A stretch of DNA of 63,132 nucleotides, counting the filler, from Globobulimina sp. (taxonomy: Eukaryota), in assembly GCA_003354225.1 (NCBI GenBank). It is 28 parts of 28 records of this genome, joined end to end, with 100 filler letters (N's around TTAATTAATTAA, not from the genome) between each part and the next. Parts side by side here need not be neighbours in the genome. Positions count along the whole stretch, not along the records: positions 1 to 2,160 come from PIVH01008538.1; positions 2,261 to 4,420 come from PIVH01008539.1; positions 4,521 to 6,680 come from PIVH01008540.1; positions 6,781 to 8,940 come from PIVH01008541.1; positions 9,041 to 11,200 come from PIVH01008542.1; 23 more parts are not named here. One strand, given 5' to 3'. Under the pieces are notes generated by a model, which was not told the DNA's origin, did not search any database, and was given only the letters and a program-made list of their open reading frames with translations. The translations under genes were made by a program, and so were the position numbers. The stretch's first letter is position 1; each line of letters starts with the position of its first letter. Of this stretch, positions 1 to 11,300 are shown one piece after another.

Positions 1-526
1 TCCGGCATGCGTTGCAAGTAAGTTTTTGATGGCATGTTATTTACAGTTGTATTTTGTGTTAATCCAAATCGAGCTGCCAAAGCTCCAAATAAATGATGCA
101 AAATGCTGATTGATGACTGTTTGGCAACTTGGTACACTCCTGAATTAGATCAAAAGTTTCGAAGTACATTTGTCGTCTTAGAAGGGATCTGCTTTGTTGT
201 GTTGGTTGTTGTGTGTAATTAAATATTTGTTGTTATCATTGTCAAAAGATGCAAAAGAGAGACAATTTGTTCGCTAAAATTAGCAGATTATTGTCATAAT
301 TCAGCAAGAATTCTATTGATTAATAATAATCTTTTCCCAATTATAGTTAGTTCAGTTAACTCAGTTAGTTGAATAAAATGAAAACCATTAAAGTGTGCTA
401 CAACATGAGTATAGAGCACAGTAAATATGTGGCGGATATTATCGGTTCAAATCCCATGATGTTAAGTGCAATGATATATTTATATGAATGTTGTTTCGAT
501 CATGCTTCCGTGCATATTAATTATAT

Positions 527-1769
527 ATGCATAGCAAGAACAAAATTGTGAATCCAGTAACAAAATTATTTAATGATGATACAATGTGTCAATCATTAGA
601 ACCATTGCCCTCGTTTGGATTATTAACAAACAAAGGAAATATTGTAAAGTTTGCTGGAATGAGTTGTGCTTTTTATATAGTTTACAGAGGCACAGAATCG
701 ATGTTATCAGAACTAAACAAGCGATATTTGGGTGCAAAACATTGGTTTGTTGCGTATGAATGGAGTTTAAATCATCCAGAATTATATTTATTGATAGAAT
801 TACATTCATTAATCTCACCTGCAATATATTTCCATTATTTGTTCAAATTTTCATGGTCCATATTACGTTCGTATCATCTCCAAATTATGCATTCAAAACA
901 TAATAATAATAACTCTAAAGCTAAAATATCAAAATGGAAAACATTATTTAAAGTAAGTGGTATATTTACTGCATCTCTTTTATATTGGTTTGGTTTCACA
1001 AATTGGAGCGCAAAACAAGTATTTGGCAGAAATGTCTCCCTCCATTCATGGCTCACAAAGAGAGCATTGCAATCTATTGATATTGAAGAAGTGCGATGGC
1101 GAAAATCTGTTTCTATCATTTTAACTCAACATTTTCAACAAATTAATGAATTGTCGAGTGTGGTGATACAATTAGTTGGTGACAGTCACGTCTTTTTAAC
1201 CAAACAACAAACGTTGGAACGTTCCCTTGCTTTAAGCGATAACAATTATAGAAATGACCGAAAACGTGAATACAGGAGAAAGTATACAAGAAATTTTAAA
1301 AAAAATAAAATTTTCATTTCTTGTTTAATTTTAAGGTAGCATTGGAATTAAAAAATGGAATTTATTTTATAGCCTCATAATATATAAAGGTATAAATCCG
1401 ACTTTTAATTCCGATACCACTTTAAGTGCACAATCAATTACTTATTTGCTGTTATTATATAAAACAATTAAATGTGAAAATAAACAATGTGAAAAGTATT
1501 ATGATAAATTGGATGATTTTCATGAGCAATTTGTTGATAAATATGATAAAAATGAAGAATGGAGAATTCATCAATGGACTGATCAAATCATTCATATAAT
1601 GCCATTTTCAAAATATGTTATTTCAATAAGAGATTATGTTTCCAGTGTAAAAAATATGAGTCGTAACACAAAAAGGTTTTGGAGAAATGTCACATTTTGT
1701 GGTTCTATGTTTCTTGTTTGGACTTGGCTCAATTATGCAATTGTTGAAGAAATGCTTTATAGTTTTTAA
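527..1769 (+). CDS. Hypothetical membrane protein, two exons (intron 1282-1339); start uncertain
   Basis: Removing GTATAC...GGTAG (1282-1339) joins ORF 527-1339 in frame to ORF 1446-1769; C-terminal hydrophobic helix. Confidence 0.55.
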
Positions 1770-2160
1770 TAAAACAAACATTTATTAGAAAAACTACGAC
1801 TTAATCCGATTTATTATCCTTCGATCTTTGTTTGTTGATTCCAGCTTAACGTTTTCCTGTTTAATATTCCAAAAAAAATACATCACCATCCTTGACCATT
1901 GGAGTCCGTGTATACCCAAAAAAAAGAAACAAGGTATTGATATATTGTATGAACAAGGGATTGGAGAAATGATTAAAAAATAATATCTCACAGTCGACTG
2001 AATCGTTCGTTCATTCAATCCTGAAACATTGATACAATTAAATTGCACACAAAATGGTCGATATCTTTAAAATGACTACAAACGACTTAGCAAATTGGGC
2101 CAAAAATACTGCTCCGGGACAAGACGGTTGTGATATTAATCCAGCAGATGCAAAAAAAGT

Positions 2161-2260
2161 NNNNNNNNNNNNNNNNNNNNNNNNNNNNNNNNNNNNNNNN
2201 NNNNTTAATTAATTAANNNNNNNNNNNNNNNNNNNNNNNNNNNNNNNNNNNNNNNNNNNN
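2161..2260. other. Artificial contig linker N44-TTAATTAATTAA-N44 (first of 27; others start at 4421, 6681, 8941, 11201, 13460, 15719, 17978, 20237, 22496, 24755, 27014, 29273, 31531, 33789, 36047, 38305, 40563, 42820, 45077, 47334, 49591, 51848, 54105, 56362, 58619, 60876)
   Basis: Identical 100-bp spacer with stops in all six frames; flanking contigs fall monotonically in length from 2160 to 2157 bp. Confidence 0.99.
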
Positions 2261-2365
2261 AACAAGTATGGAATTTAAATTCATTTCTCTTACTGCAGAA
2301 AATTAACATTTGTAGAAATATAAATGTTTGTGTTGCAAAAAAAAATGGAAAAATGTTGGGAAATA

Positions 2366-3217
2366 TTACCTTAAACGTCTGATAGAACAATTTTTCGCTG
2401 CGGTTCTGGCAATCATTGCATTGAGTCTTTTCCGCGACACTGACATTATATATTGAGCTAATTGTTGATTTAGGCCATCATTTCCAAGAACAGTGTAAAA
2501 CCAATGTTGAATTAATAAGGCTAAAGAGCTGAAACATTGTTGTAGATACAAAGCATATTTCTTTGCATAATCCATATTGGCAGATTTTTTAAAAATGCCC
2601 CACGTTTTGGGTAACTTTGGTCTCTTTAAATATTGTATTTCTTTTTGGATGCATTGTTTTATTGGTTCACTCCGTGTTAATTGTGTTAATTTCGGTGGTT
2701 TTGGGTAAATATGTTCCGCAAAAAACAATATCGATTGACCTTTATCTGTTTTTGTGATGTTTTAGAATGTGTTTTTGTGCTAGGATAGGATCACAGGAAT
2801 GAATATTTATTGTATAAGACCTGAATTACATTCGTTGAACGAAATGTTGCCGTGTAGCTGTTTGAAATTATTTCGACTCATTGTAAGTGTATGGTAATAC
2901 CATTTGGATTTATTTCTGATCCACAATTTAAATGAAAATTGCCATGATTTATGAGGAAGAATTATTGAATCGATAGTGATGTTACACACACATAGACCGA
3001 GATAATCACGATCCGAGAAATGTGGAGTTGTAGGAATATCTTCGCTTTTTGCACGTTTTAGTACTTGTTTCTCAATTAAAGAACGTATAGCAGCAGCTGG
3101 TGTTGGTAGGCGTTTTGAATTTGTTTTAGAATCACCTGTATCAACATTGATAAGTATATCATCACTATGAGAGGCACGGTACGATGCAACTGTTACACTT
3201 GTCGGTAGAAAACTCAT
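2366..3217 (-). CDS. Divergent PX (phox-homology) domain protein, intron 2746-2820
   Basis: Spliced product has WQFSFKLWIRN...TMSRNNFKQLH (RRYSDF-like), PKLPKTW (PxxP) and YAKKYALYLQQCF (final helix), in PX order. Confidence 0.55.
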
Positions 3218-3252
3218 TTTTTTGAAGTCTTACTCACATTTGATCCGCGAGC

Positions 3253-4103
3253 ATGATCATTGAGCTGGATACAAAAAAGAGCAGAGATAATCTGATATAT
3301 TGCGCCATATTAACATGTTTGAATTTTTTTCTCTGTGATGATTGGCAATATTGGCATATAGTATTTCGATTTTGTTGGGTTTCATTGATATCAGGTTTAC
3401 TTCAATTTAAATATTTGCCAATTTTGCTTAAAAGCATTACTATTCTTCGTGCCATTGCATTGGTCTATTTATTTGTTGTTATGTGTATATTTAAAGTATT
3501 ACTGTTTGTCCATGAAGATATTTACACGCTTATTACTAAAAACACATCATATGCATCAATAACAACATCATGGGATAAAACAATTATATTAGATTTGTTA
3601 TTAATCGATTTACAATGTGCTTATATGCAAACGTTATGTGCTGCGATTTGGATGTTTGTAAAATTAGGAAAGCATTTTGGATATACAAATGAATGGAAAC
3701 TTGTTTTGAAAACTATATAACACCACATTCATTGACTTTATTTTTTGTGTCCAGCTGTCCTGCGATGAATATAAAATGTTGGTGGTTATGTTTAGGTTTA
3801 TATCGAGCGTTTATTGCTATTACACAGTTAATATTTGACACTGGATTTACATCATTTTTTGAGACTAAAGATGGAAACATTGGTATTAAAAACAGTGCAT
3901 TGAGTCCGAATAAAATCGCCTCAAAAATATCAAGTAGTATTGAGTTGGCGTTGAATATATTATCTTTATCCAGGCATTGCTATTTCACTTTGTTGGTAGC
4001 TCCGTGGTTAATGATACCATTGTTATGTGCCAATATTTATGGTATGGGCAGAAACTTATTGCAAGAAGGCAGGAAACATTTGCAATTGACTCTTAAATTG
4101 TAA
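3253..4103 (+). CDS. Multi-pass membrane protein split into two overlapping frames (frameshift near 3700-3720)
   Basis: Two hydrophobic ORFs, 3253-3720 and 3693-4103, overlap in different frames with no obvious intron. Confidence 0.4.
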
Positions 4104-4520
4104 AATCATTTGTTTTCGAGAAATGCACATAAATATTCCTCTTGTTTAGTCCAAACTAGTCCTATTTCTGTGAAAACCTTTCAAGAGTAAGTATAGTCCT
4201 ATTTGTCCTATTTGTATAAATTATAGTCCTATTTGTATAAGAAATTTCAAAGGATTAATTTTATTTAATATAAATTACAAATATAAAAACAATTGTTAAT
4301 GTAAAAAAAAAAACGTTTTCAATCGCACGAAAAAATATGTATGTTTTTAGTATGTTTAACAATAAATATACACTTTAAAAACAAAAATTTATTGACAAAC
4401 AAACAAAAGCAAACAAACAANNNNNNNNNNNNNNNNNNNNNNNNNNNNNNNNNNNNNNNNNNNNTTAATTAATTAANNNNNNNNNNNNNNNNNNNNNNNN
4501 NNNNNNNNNNNNNNNNNNNN

Positions 4521-5101
4521 TTGAGAGAGCAGTTATAGAGTCAGAGAATGTGTTGGGTGAAATACAACAATTATTACAATCATTATCAAATTTGAAAAAC
4601 AAAATAATTTCTGAATTGGATAAAGCAGAAAACACTGCAAATGATGAACGCAATTCATCCAATATAACCTCATTGGAACATATATTACAAAATTGTGAGA
4701 CACAATATCGTGAATTTAAGAAACAAATAAAACGAATCGAAGAGAGAATCCGTGCAAATATACGAAAACATAAAGTATTAAATGGTGCAAATCGAAGAAG
4801 AAATGCAAATGAACGAAGTGTTATGGATTCACAATTGGAAGAAAATCAGTCATTGTTACAATCCATAAATATTGTCGATGACACATTGACCATGGTCCAC
4901 GACGCTAAAACAGATATATCCAACCAGGGATTTATGGGTCTAAATATAAACAAAGGTTTAGGAATATTAAGCAGTAAATTCCCGCAAGCAAACCAATTAA
5001 TGTTAAAAATTAAAAAGTATCGAAATAGAGATGCCATTGTTCTTGCATGTGTTTGTGCGCTTTGCTTGACCTTAATGTTTATATATTGGATCAATAAATA
5101 A
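4521..5101 (+). CDS. GOSR1: Golgi SNARE Gos1/GOSR1-like Qb-SNARE, 5'-partial
   Basis: SNARE coiled coil (ENQSLLQSINIVDDTL...NQ) followed by SKFPQANQLMLKIKKYRNRDAIVLACVCALCLTLMFIYW, typical of the Gos1 C-terminus and tail anchor. Confidence 0.85.
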
Positions 5102-5327
5102 CCAGTATATATCCATTGAGTGCAAGGATAACAAACTCCTAAAATTATAAAAATAACACAAAATTAAACGACTGATACTGAATTACACTTGCAAATTGAT
5201 TCAAAAATTGAACGTTAAAACAAAAATCATTTTGTATATTTAAAAACAATTCGAAGATTGATATCAAGCAAAAATTCGAATGTTGCAAACTAATGATTTA
5301 ATATGCTATGGTTTGATCGTATAATAT

Positions 5328-6680
5328 TTAAAGTTGAGTGAGAACCCCTTCTTTCTGTACTGCATTGTTGTTATTATCATCCATTGGTGGCGCACTTACT
5401 GCGCTATAATTCATATCATATGCATTTGGCGTAATATTGGCCATCGGCGTTTGATGCAGATTGCAATATAAACTATGTCGATTCCGTAAAATATCGATAT
5501 GGTTCCAAATAGATTCCACATCATCTTTATTTTTTATACCAATTTTATTCATAATATCTCCCGTCGATCGTATTTGTAATAACAATTCCTCCTTCTCCCA
5601 AATCCCAGCCTTCTTAAACAATAATAAATATTTTTTAAATTGAATGGTTTCCTTCCACCATCGCTCAAATTCTTTTTTATTATTCACAAACAAAGCAATT
5701 GCTTTCATCATGCGATTTCGGTGTATTTTATGCTCAAATCCAATACTTATCAAATATTCTTCATCGCAATTTATATCCTCCAAACAGGTCATATCCGCCA
5801 TCTTTTCTTTCATAAATATCAATAAATACCGAAAATATAACGTATCCTCATCAAATATATTACGCATCCATGCTTGGAATTGTTTGAAAAACACTGATTT
5901 ATTGGTGATGCACTTATATTTATCCGACTTAGCTGCCATAAAACCCATACTTGCATCCATTGCATTATCCCCTTTCTTCTCTTCATCCTCAGCCAGGTCA
6001 TTCCCTTTTGTTTCTTGATTGTGTGATAAAAATACAGCGGCAGACACTTCATCTTTATCGCAGGCTAAGTACGCTTCGATACATTCTTTCCGGTGAAATC
6101 CTAACGTCACTAACCGGTCAATTGCAGCCTTCTCTTCCTTTGTATTGGATATTAATTTATGCAAATGTTGATACCACGATATTGATGCGGCCGTATTCTC
6201 ATTGTCTTCCGCTGAATTTGGCCGTTTAATAATGGATGTCACAGAGGAAGATATCTGCTGTTTAGTTGGCAAATGTTCATAAACGGACGTAGCGACACTT
6301 GATGTCACTGCGGATAATGATGCCAATGATAAATAATAATAATACGCAGCTAAACCCTGTTCTTGATTCATTTGCTGTTTGTTGTCATTGGATTCTTCAA
6401 ATTGTTTATTCAAATCTTGCATTAACTCACCGACTGATTTGGCATTTTGCATGACTGCCATTGGTAGCTGCAATGTATATGTTTGAATTATGGAATTATA
6501 GACGGAGAATTGTATAAAAAATATTAAATATTGATGAAGGGCATACAGTATTTACAGTATATATTTTAGACGTACCTCAGGGTGGAATTTAGCTAATTCA
6601 TTCAAGACCGGATCAAAGTACCTAGGGGCATTGTTGTCGTTATTTTTGTTGGAATTAGAAGATGTTCCTGGTTGGGATAG
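5328..6680 (-). CDS. RAD23-like XPC-binding + UBA region fused to SAM-like domains, 5'-partial (intron 6468-6575)
   Basis: Spliced FDPVLNELAKFHPELPMAVMQN resembles RAD23 XPCB; EEKAAIDRLVTLGFHRKECIEAYLACDKDEVSAAVFL resembles RAD23 UBA2; LISIGFEHKIHRNRMMKAI is SAM-like. Confidence 0.7.
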
Positions 6681-7483
6681 NNNNNNNNNNNNNNNNNNNN
6701 NNNNNNNNNNNNNNNNNNNNNNNNTTAATTAATTAANNNNNNNNNNNNNNNNNNNNNNNNNNNNNNNNNNNNNNNNNNNNTGTTAGCTCTAACGATTCTC
6801 AACTGTATTATAATAATCGAATAAATGTGATGTTTTGTGTAGTTTGTCAAGAATGGTAAATACACGTCTGCATTTATGCGTCCAAAACAAGCAAACTAAA
6901 TATTAAAAGACAGAAAAAAGATGGCGACGCAATAGAGAAGAAATTAGGACGCGCTAGCCGCGTATGACAAAAGAGAATACAATACGGTATTGAGCGCGCG
7001 CGGCAAATATGAAAAGAGAAAAATTAGCTAATCGCAAATAAAATACAATAAAGAATCATTAATATCATGAATGGTGCGTTCTTGTGCGTTCTTCACAATT
7101 CCCCGGTTTTTGACCATGGCCGACCTCGGACCATGTATTGATGGTGATCTTGGCATCACTTTGAAAGTTCTGTATTCAGAGATCTTTGGAACTTTCTTCA
7201 TTGACATGAGATGGGAGTGTCGCGATGTAATGCATTAGTTCTCGATTTAAATGAGCAATTGTTGTCAATGCGGTGGTGCCTTCTTCTTTGACTTCATTAA
7301 ATGTTACTGCTGTTGATGGATGGCGAATTTTGCATTTTTAGTGATAATTTGGACAGTTGGCAAATACAGCTTGATAAGGCATCGAGGTGACAATTGAGGG
7401 CCTCTGTATACTGACAGACGTTCCGCCGGACATTGTGCCAGAGCTCGGTGTCCATTACCACCACTGTTCATTTAACCTTTCTT

Positions 7484-8248
7484 TCATAACTTCATCTGAT
7501 TCGAATGTCGATCTTCTGGCTTGGTCAGACAATGGTGTTGATCGTAAAGCTGACATAAATGGATTAGGAACAGAAGAGGGGCAATAAGAGTGAGTCTAGC
7601 GGTTGAACCTGGACGACTTGATGATCCAGACGAAGTAGTATGACGTTGTGGTTGTGAGAGTGGGAACAACGGTTTTGGTTTCGTCGCAGGTGGTCTTGGA
7701 ATAACAGTGGAAGGACGTCCACGTTTTTGAGTAGAGGGGGTAGGGGTTGTGGAGACTCGTTTCCGAGTAATTGTACCCATTGTACCTGGGAGGCGGCCAG
7801 CAAGGGTGACCGGGGTACGGGTTTCCTTTTTTAACGGTATATTACGCAGCACCGAATGCTGAGTTGTTGAAGTGGCAGGTCTCGTTGCACGAGGCTCCGC
7901 AGTGGGGTCAATGGCGGCATGATGGGGCTCCGCTGGGTATACTCGTTCACGTTCCCTGCCGTAATGAGGGTCCCGAGACCGCGATCGAGCAACTGAGCGG
8001 GTTGTAACAGCCAGACTGCTACTGCGAGAACCAGACCTTCGATATCGGTCTTTTTCTGGTTGGTCCATTCCAGAACGAGACGGAGATCGATGTCCTACAG
8101 TTCCCAAACTACTTGGCGCATGAGGTGGTCGTGACATAGTAGAAGCAGGTGGTGTAATAGCTCCACGACGAACTGAGGTTCGAGTATGAGCTTGTTGGGC
8201 CAATTCATTAGGTATAATGGTCGAAAATGGCTGGCTGTACCCTGCCAA
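7484..8248 (-). CDS. Ser/Arg/Pro/Thr-rich low-complexity protein, possibly degenerate
   Basis: 254-aa GC-richer ORF with no recognised domain; downstream frames are broken. Confidence 0.35.
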   Translation of the reverse strand: MAGYSQPFSTIIPNELAQQAHTRTSVRRGAITPPASTMSRPPHAPSSLGTVGHRSPSRSGMDQPEKDRYRRSGSRSSSLAVTTRSVARSRSRDPHYGRERERVYPAEPHHAAIDPTAEPRATRPATSTTQHSVLRNIPLKKETRTPVTLAGRLPGTMGTITRKRVSTTPTPSTQKRGRPSTVIPRPPATKPKPLFPLSQPQRHTTSSGSSSRPGSTARLTLIAPLLFLIHLCQLYDQHHCLTKPEDRHSNQMKL

Positions 8249-9429
8249 TAGACGATGTAATGTGACGCAAACTGATCTTCGATTTTAAATCACTTTGGCG
8301 ACACAATAACACTTGATTTGCATTTCCTGCTAAATGTTGTTATTATGCATAAGATGGGCGCATGACATAGGACAGGGGGGTCTTACACAATCCAAAATAA
8401 ATCAATGATGAATGTACAATTTAATTAAAGAAAATTCAAAATTGGAGCGTCGAATGTCTGGAGCGTCAAATCAGTGTTGGGCGTCGAATATAGGTTGAGC
8501 ATCGAGTCTACAAAAGTGTTGTACAAAGTATTGAACCCAACCTAATGGTCGAATTAGGATGTAAACCACCCAAATATGAGTTGATGATGTTGTATTTTTG
8601 AAGGGAAGATGTTACATGATAATAAACTTGTTGTAGGCCATTTTACACAATACCAAAGGTATCGTAACCTTGCCGTAGAGACTGCGTTTGGGCGGCGACA
8701 AAGAGATGTTAGAAAACATGAAATTTACGGTCCACTGACTTGGGCTGACTGTGCGCGCAGACCCTGATAAAAGGATTTCGGCGGCAACAATTACATGCAC
8801 CACATAAGGTCCAACACTTAGATAGCGTTAGACAGCGATGCACGTAAAAATGAATGCAGTGAGACAAAGGACGATCTTTAAGGATTATACGTTTTGTATC
8901 TTTTTATGGACTTTCGAATTTTTCAGATGTAAATTGATGTNNNNNNNNNNNNNNNNNNNNNNNNNNNNNNNNNNNNNNNNNNNNTTAATTAATTAANNNN
9001 NNNNNNNNNNNNNNNNNNNNNNNNNNNNNNNNNNNNNNNNCATGGAAACATAAATAATGAATACTTATATTACTATGTAAACTATTTTTTCTGTTCTTCG
9101 TATTTTTCTATTTTAATACTTAAAAACTCTCTTTATATTTATATTTATCTTTTCTATTTTTTTTATTTAATTTTAAATAATTTAATGATTTAATCCGTCA
9201 AACTAGAAAACAAAATCTTTCGCATTTATCATTCTTTTAAAATACGTCATTAAGAACGTTTCGATCGTATCTGAAAAAGTGTGGGCAATGAGCAATCTGC
9301 AACTATTCTAAATGAGTTTTTTTTGTAGTTATAATTATGCTAATTTCAGAAATTTGTGTACATTGGAAAAAATAACAAAAATTATAACTGACAGATTTCA
9401 CAGTTATGTGTAGTGCATTCCTCTTTCGC

Positions 9430-11004
9430 TTAGATTGGACTTTCTCTCTTTCGCTTCGATTTTGAGGATGGACTATAAACACTGGATTCGCCATCTTTGA
9501 GCTTTCCTTTTGTTGTTCCCGGTGCATTATTATTTGGTGAATCATTTTGTTGTTCCTGATACATCAACGATGAATCTGACGATTCTTTATTACCCACATC
9601 TTGTTTCTCATCCTCTTCCTCGTTATTTACTAATTCCATTGGTTGCGAATCTTCAACATCTCCATTACCAAATGGATTCACATTATGACACGCATTACTT
9701 TGGCCATTCAAAAAAGAGCGAACTTGCTGATCCAATGGACTTAATCGTTGATAGGGTGATAACGTGAATAGAGCTACAAAATGTTCATATAAAATAACAA
9801 ATTCTTGTATAAATTTGAAACAAAAAATCAATAACTTAACGCTGAGGAGCTTGTCTTGACAGTGCAATAGGGCTTGATTTCAATGCTCCTAATGGAGGAC
9901 CATAACTATATGATTTTGAATACGTAGAAGGGATTGGACTGCAGACCGGAAACTGTAATACTTGTTGCTTTCTATTCGATGGGTGACTAATATTAAAATT
10001 ACTGCCATGATGCGTATTCTTTCTGTGGGTCCGTTGGAGTTGCAGTGGGACTGAATGTTGGTTGACGTTGCCATGCTTTCCATTATAACTTTGAACAATT
10101 TCAGGATTTATTATTGATAAACTATCGCGTGGGAAACGTATCATTTCATGTTCATTATGCTTACTTTCTACAGTTTGCTGCATTGACATCATTTTATTGT
10201 TTTCTTTTATCGCCATGGCCAAAGTAAATGCTTTATCCGTCAGACTGGCCGCACTCTTTCGAGCCCAACACGCAAACACACAGCTCACAATATTGGTGGT
10301 TAACAACATTCCAATGATCACTATCAAAAAAAAAACAATGTCAACGTTGGCATATATTGTGTACTACAAAAAACAAGCATACCCCAAGAGATAAATAACC
10401 ATTGTATATAAGCTTGACAATCTGCGCTCTGACTTGCAAACAACGCAGCAGTATTTCTCGAACGTATCGGTGCATCAGATTCGCCAGAACCATCTACAAA
10501 CGTAACCGACCGTTTTCTTCTTGGTCTCACAAATTGTCCCAACTCATCAGAATCGGTCGGTGGTGTTCTTGTTTGTGCAGCTTCATAATCACTCTCTGGA
10601 TCAGCAGATGATGTGCCACGGTCCATTGGTTGCTGCGAGGATTGCGATTGTCGCATCTGCTCCAAATATAAAGCTAGCTGAACAGCCAACATGTTGTGAT
10701 TAATGTTTTGTGCTTGCTGTGTTGTAGCTGAGTTTTCAGATGGCGAAATGTAGCCAGTTCTCGGTGATCTGGCTCCGTGCCCCGTCCATGTGGCTCTTCG
10801 ACTTAAGGGGGGTGTTTGCGATGATTCAACTCCGTTTGATAATAACCGACGTCTTGTATCGAATTCCGATGCATTTTCGATTAATGTCCATGATTCTTCT
10901 GTATTAATATTAATAACTCCTAAATAATATAAGTGGATGATGATTATTAAACAATTAATATAATGCATATTACTAAACTTTTGATGGTTGGTTCTGCAGT
11001 ACAA
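9430..11004 (-). CDS. Secreted/membrane protein with RRRLL motif; frame break at T10 run (10326-10335), intron 9774-9840
   Basis: N-terminal hydrophobic signal; ORFs 10324-11004, 9836-10327 and 9430-9867 are linked by a homopolymer indel and an exact GT-AG intron. Confidence 0.5.
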
Positions 11005-11300
11005 AAATATAAATGTTGCAGAGATTCAGATGTGATAAACTCAGACATTTCTGAGATTAAGTGTTTGTGCGAAAATACGACAATTAGATAATAAGTGTTT
11101 TGTAACAGATACCCTGTTGGTAGTAAATCGATTGTTATTTCCTGAATTTCAGATGTATGCGCATGTTGTTTGAGATATTGTAATAATGCGAGAGCGATTG
11201 NNNNNNNNNNNNNNNNNNNNNNNNNNNNNNNNNNNNNNNNNNNNTTAATTAATTAANNNNNNNNNNNNNNNNNNNNNNNNNNNNNNNNNNNNNNNNNNNN

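Noticed and set aside
9250-9300. Second hammerhead (AACGTTTCGATC)
   Set aside because: No CUGANGA core or paired stems at the required positions
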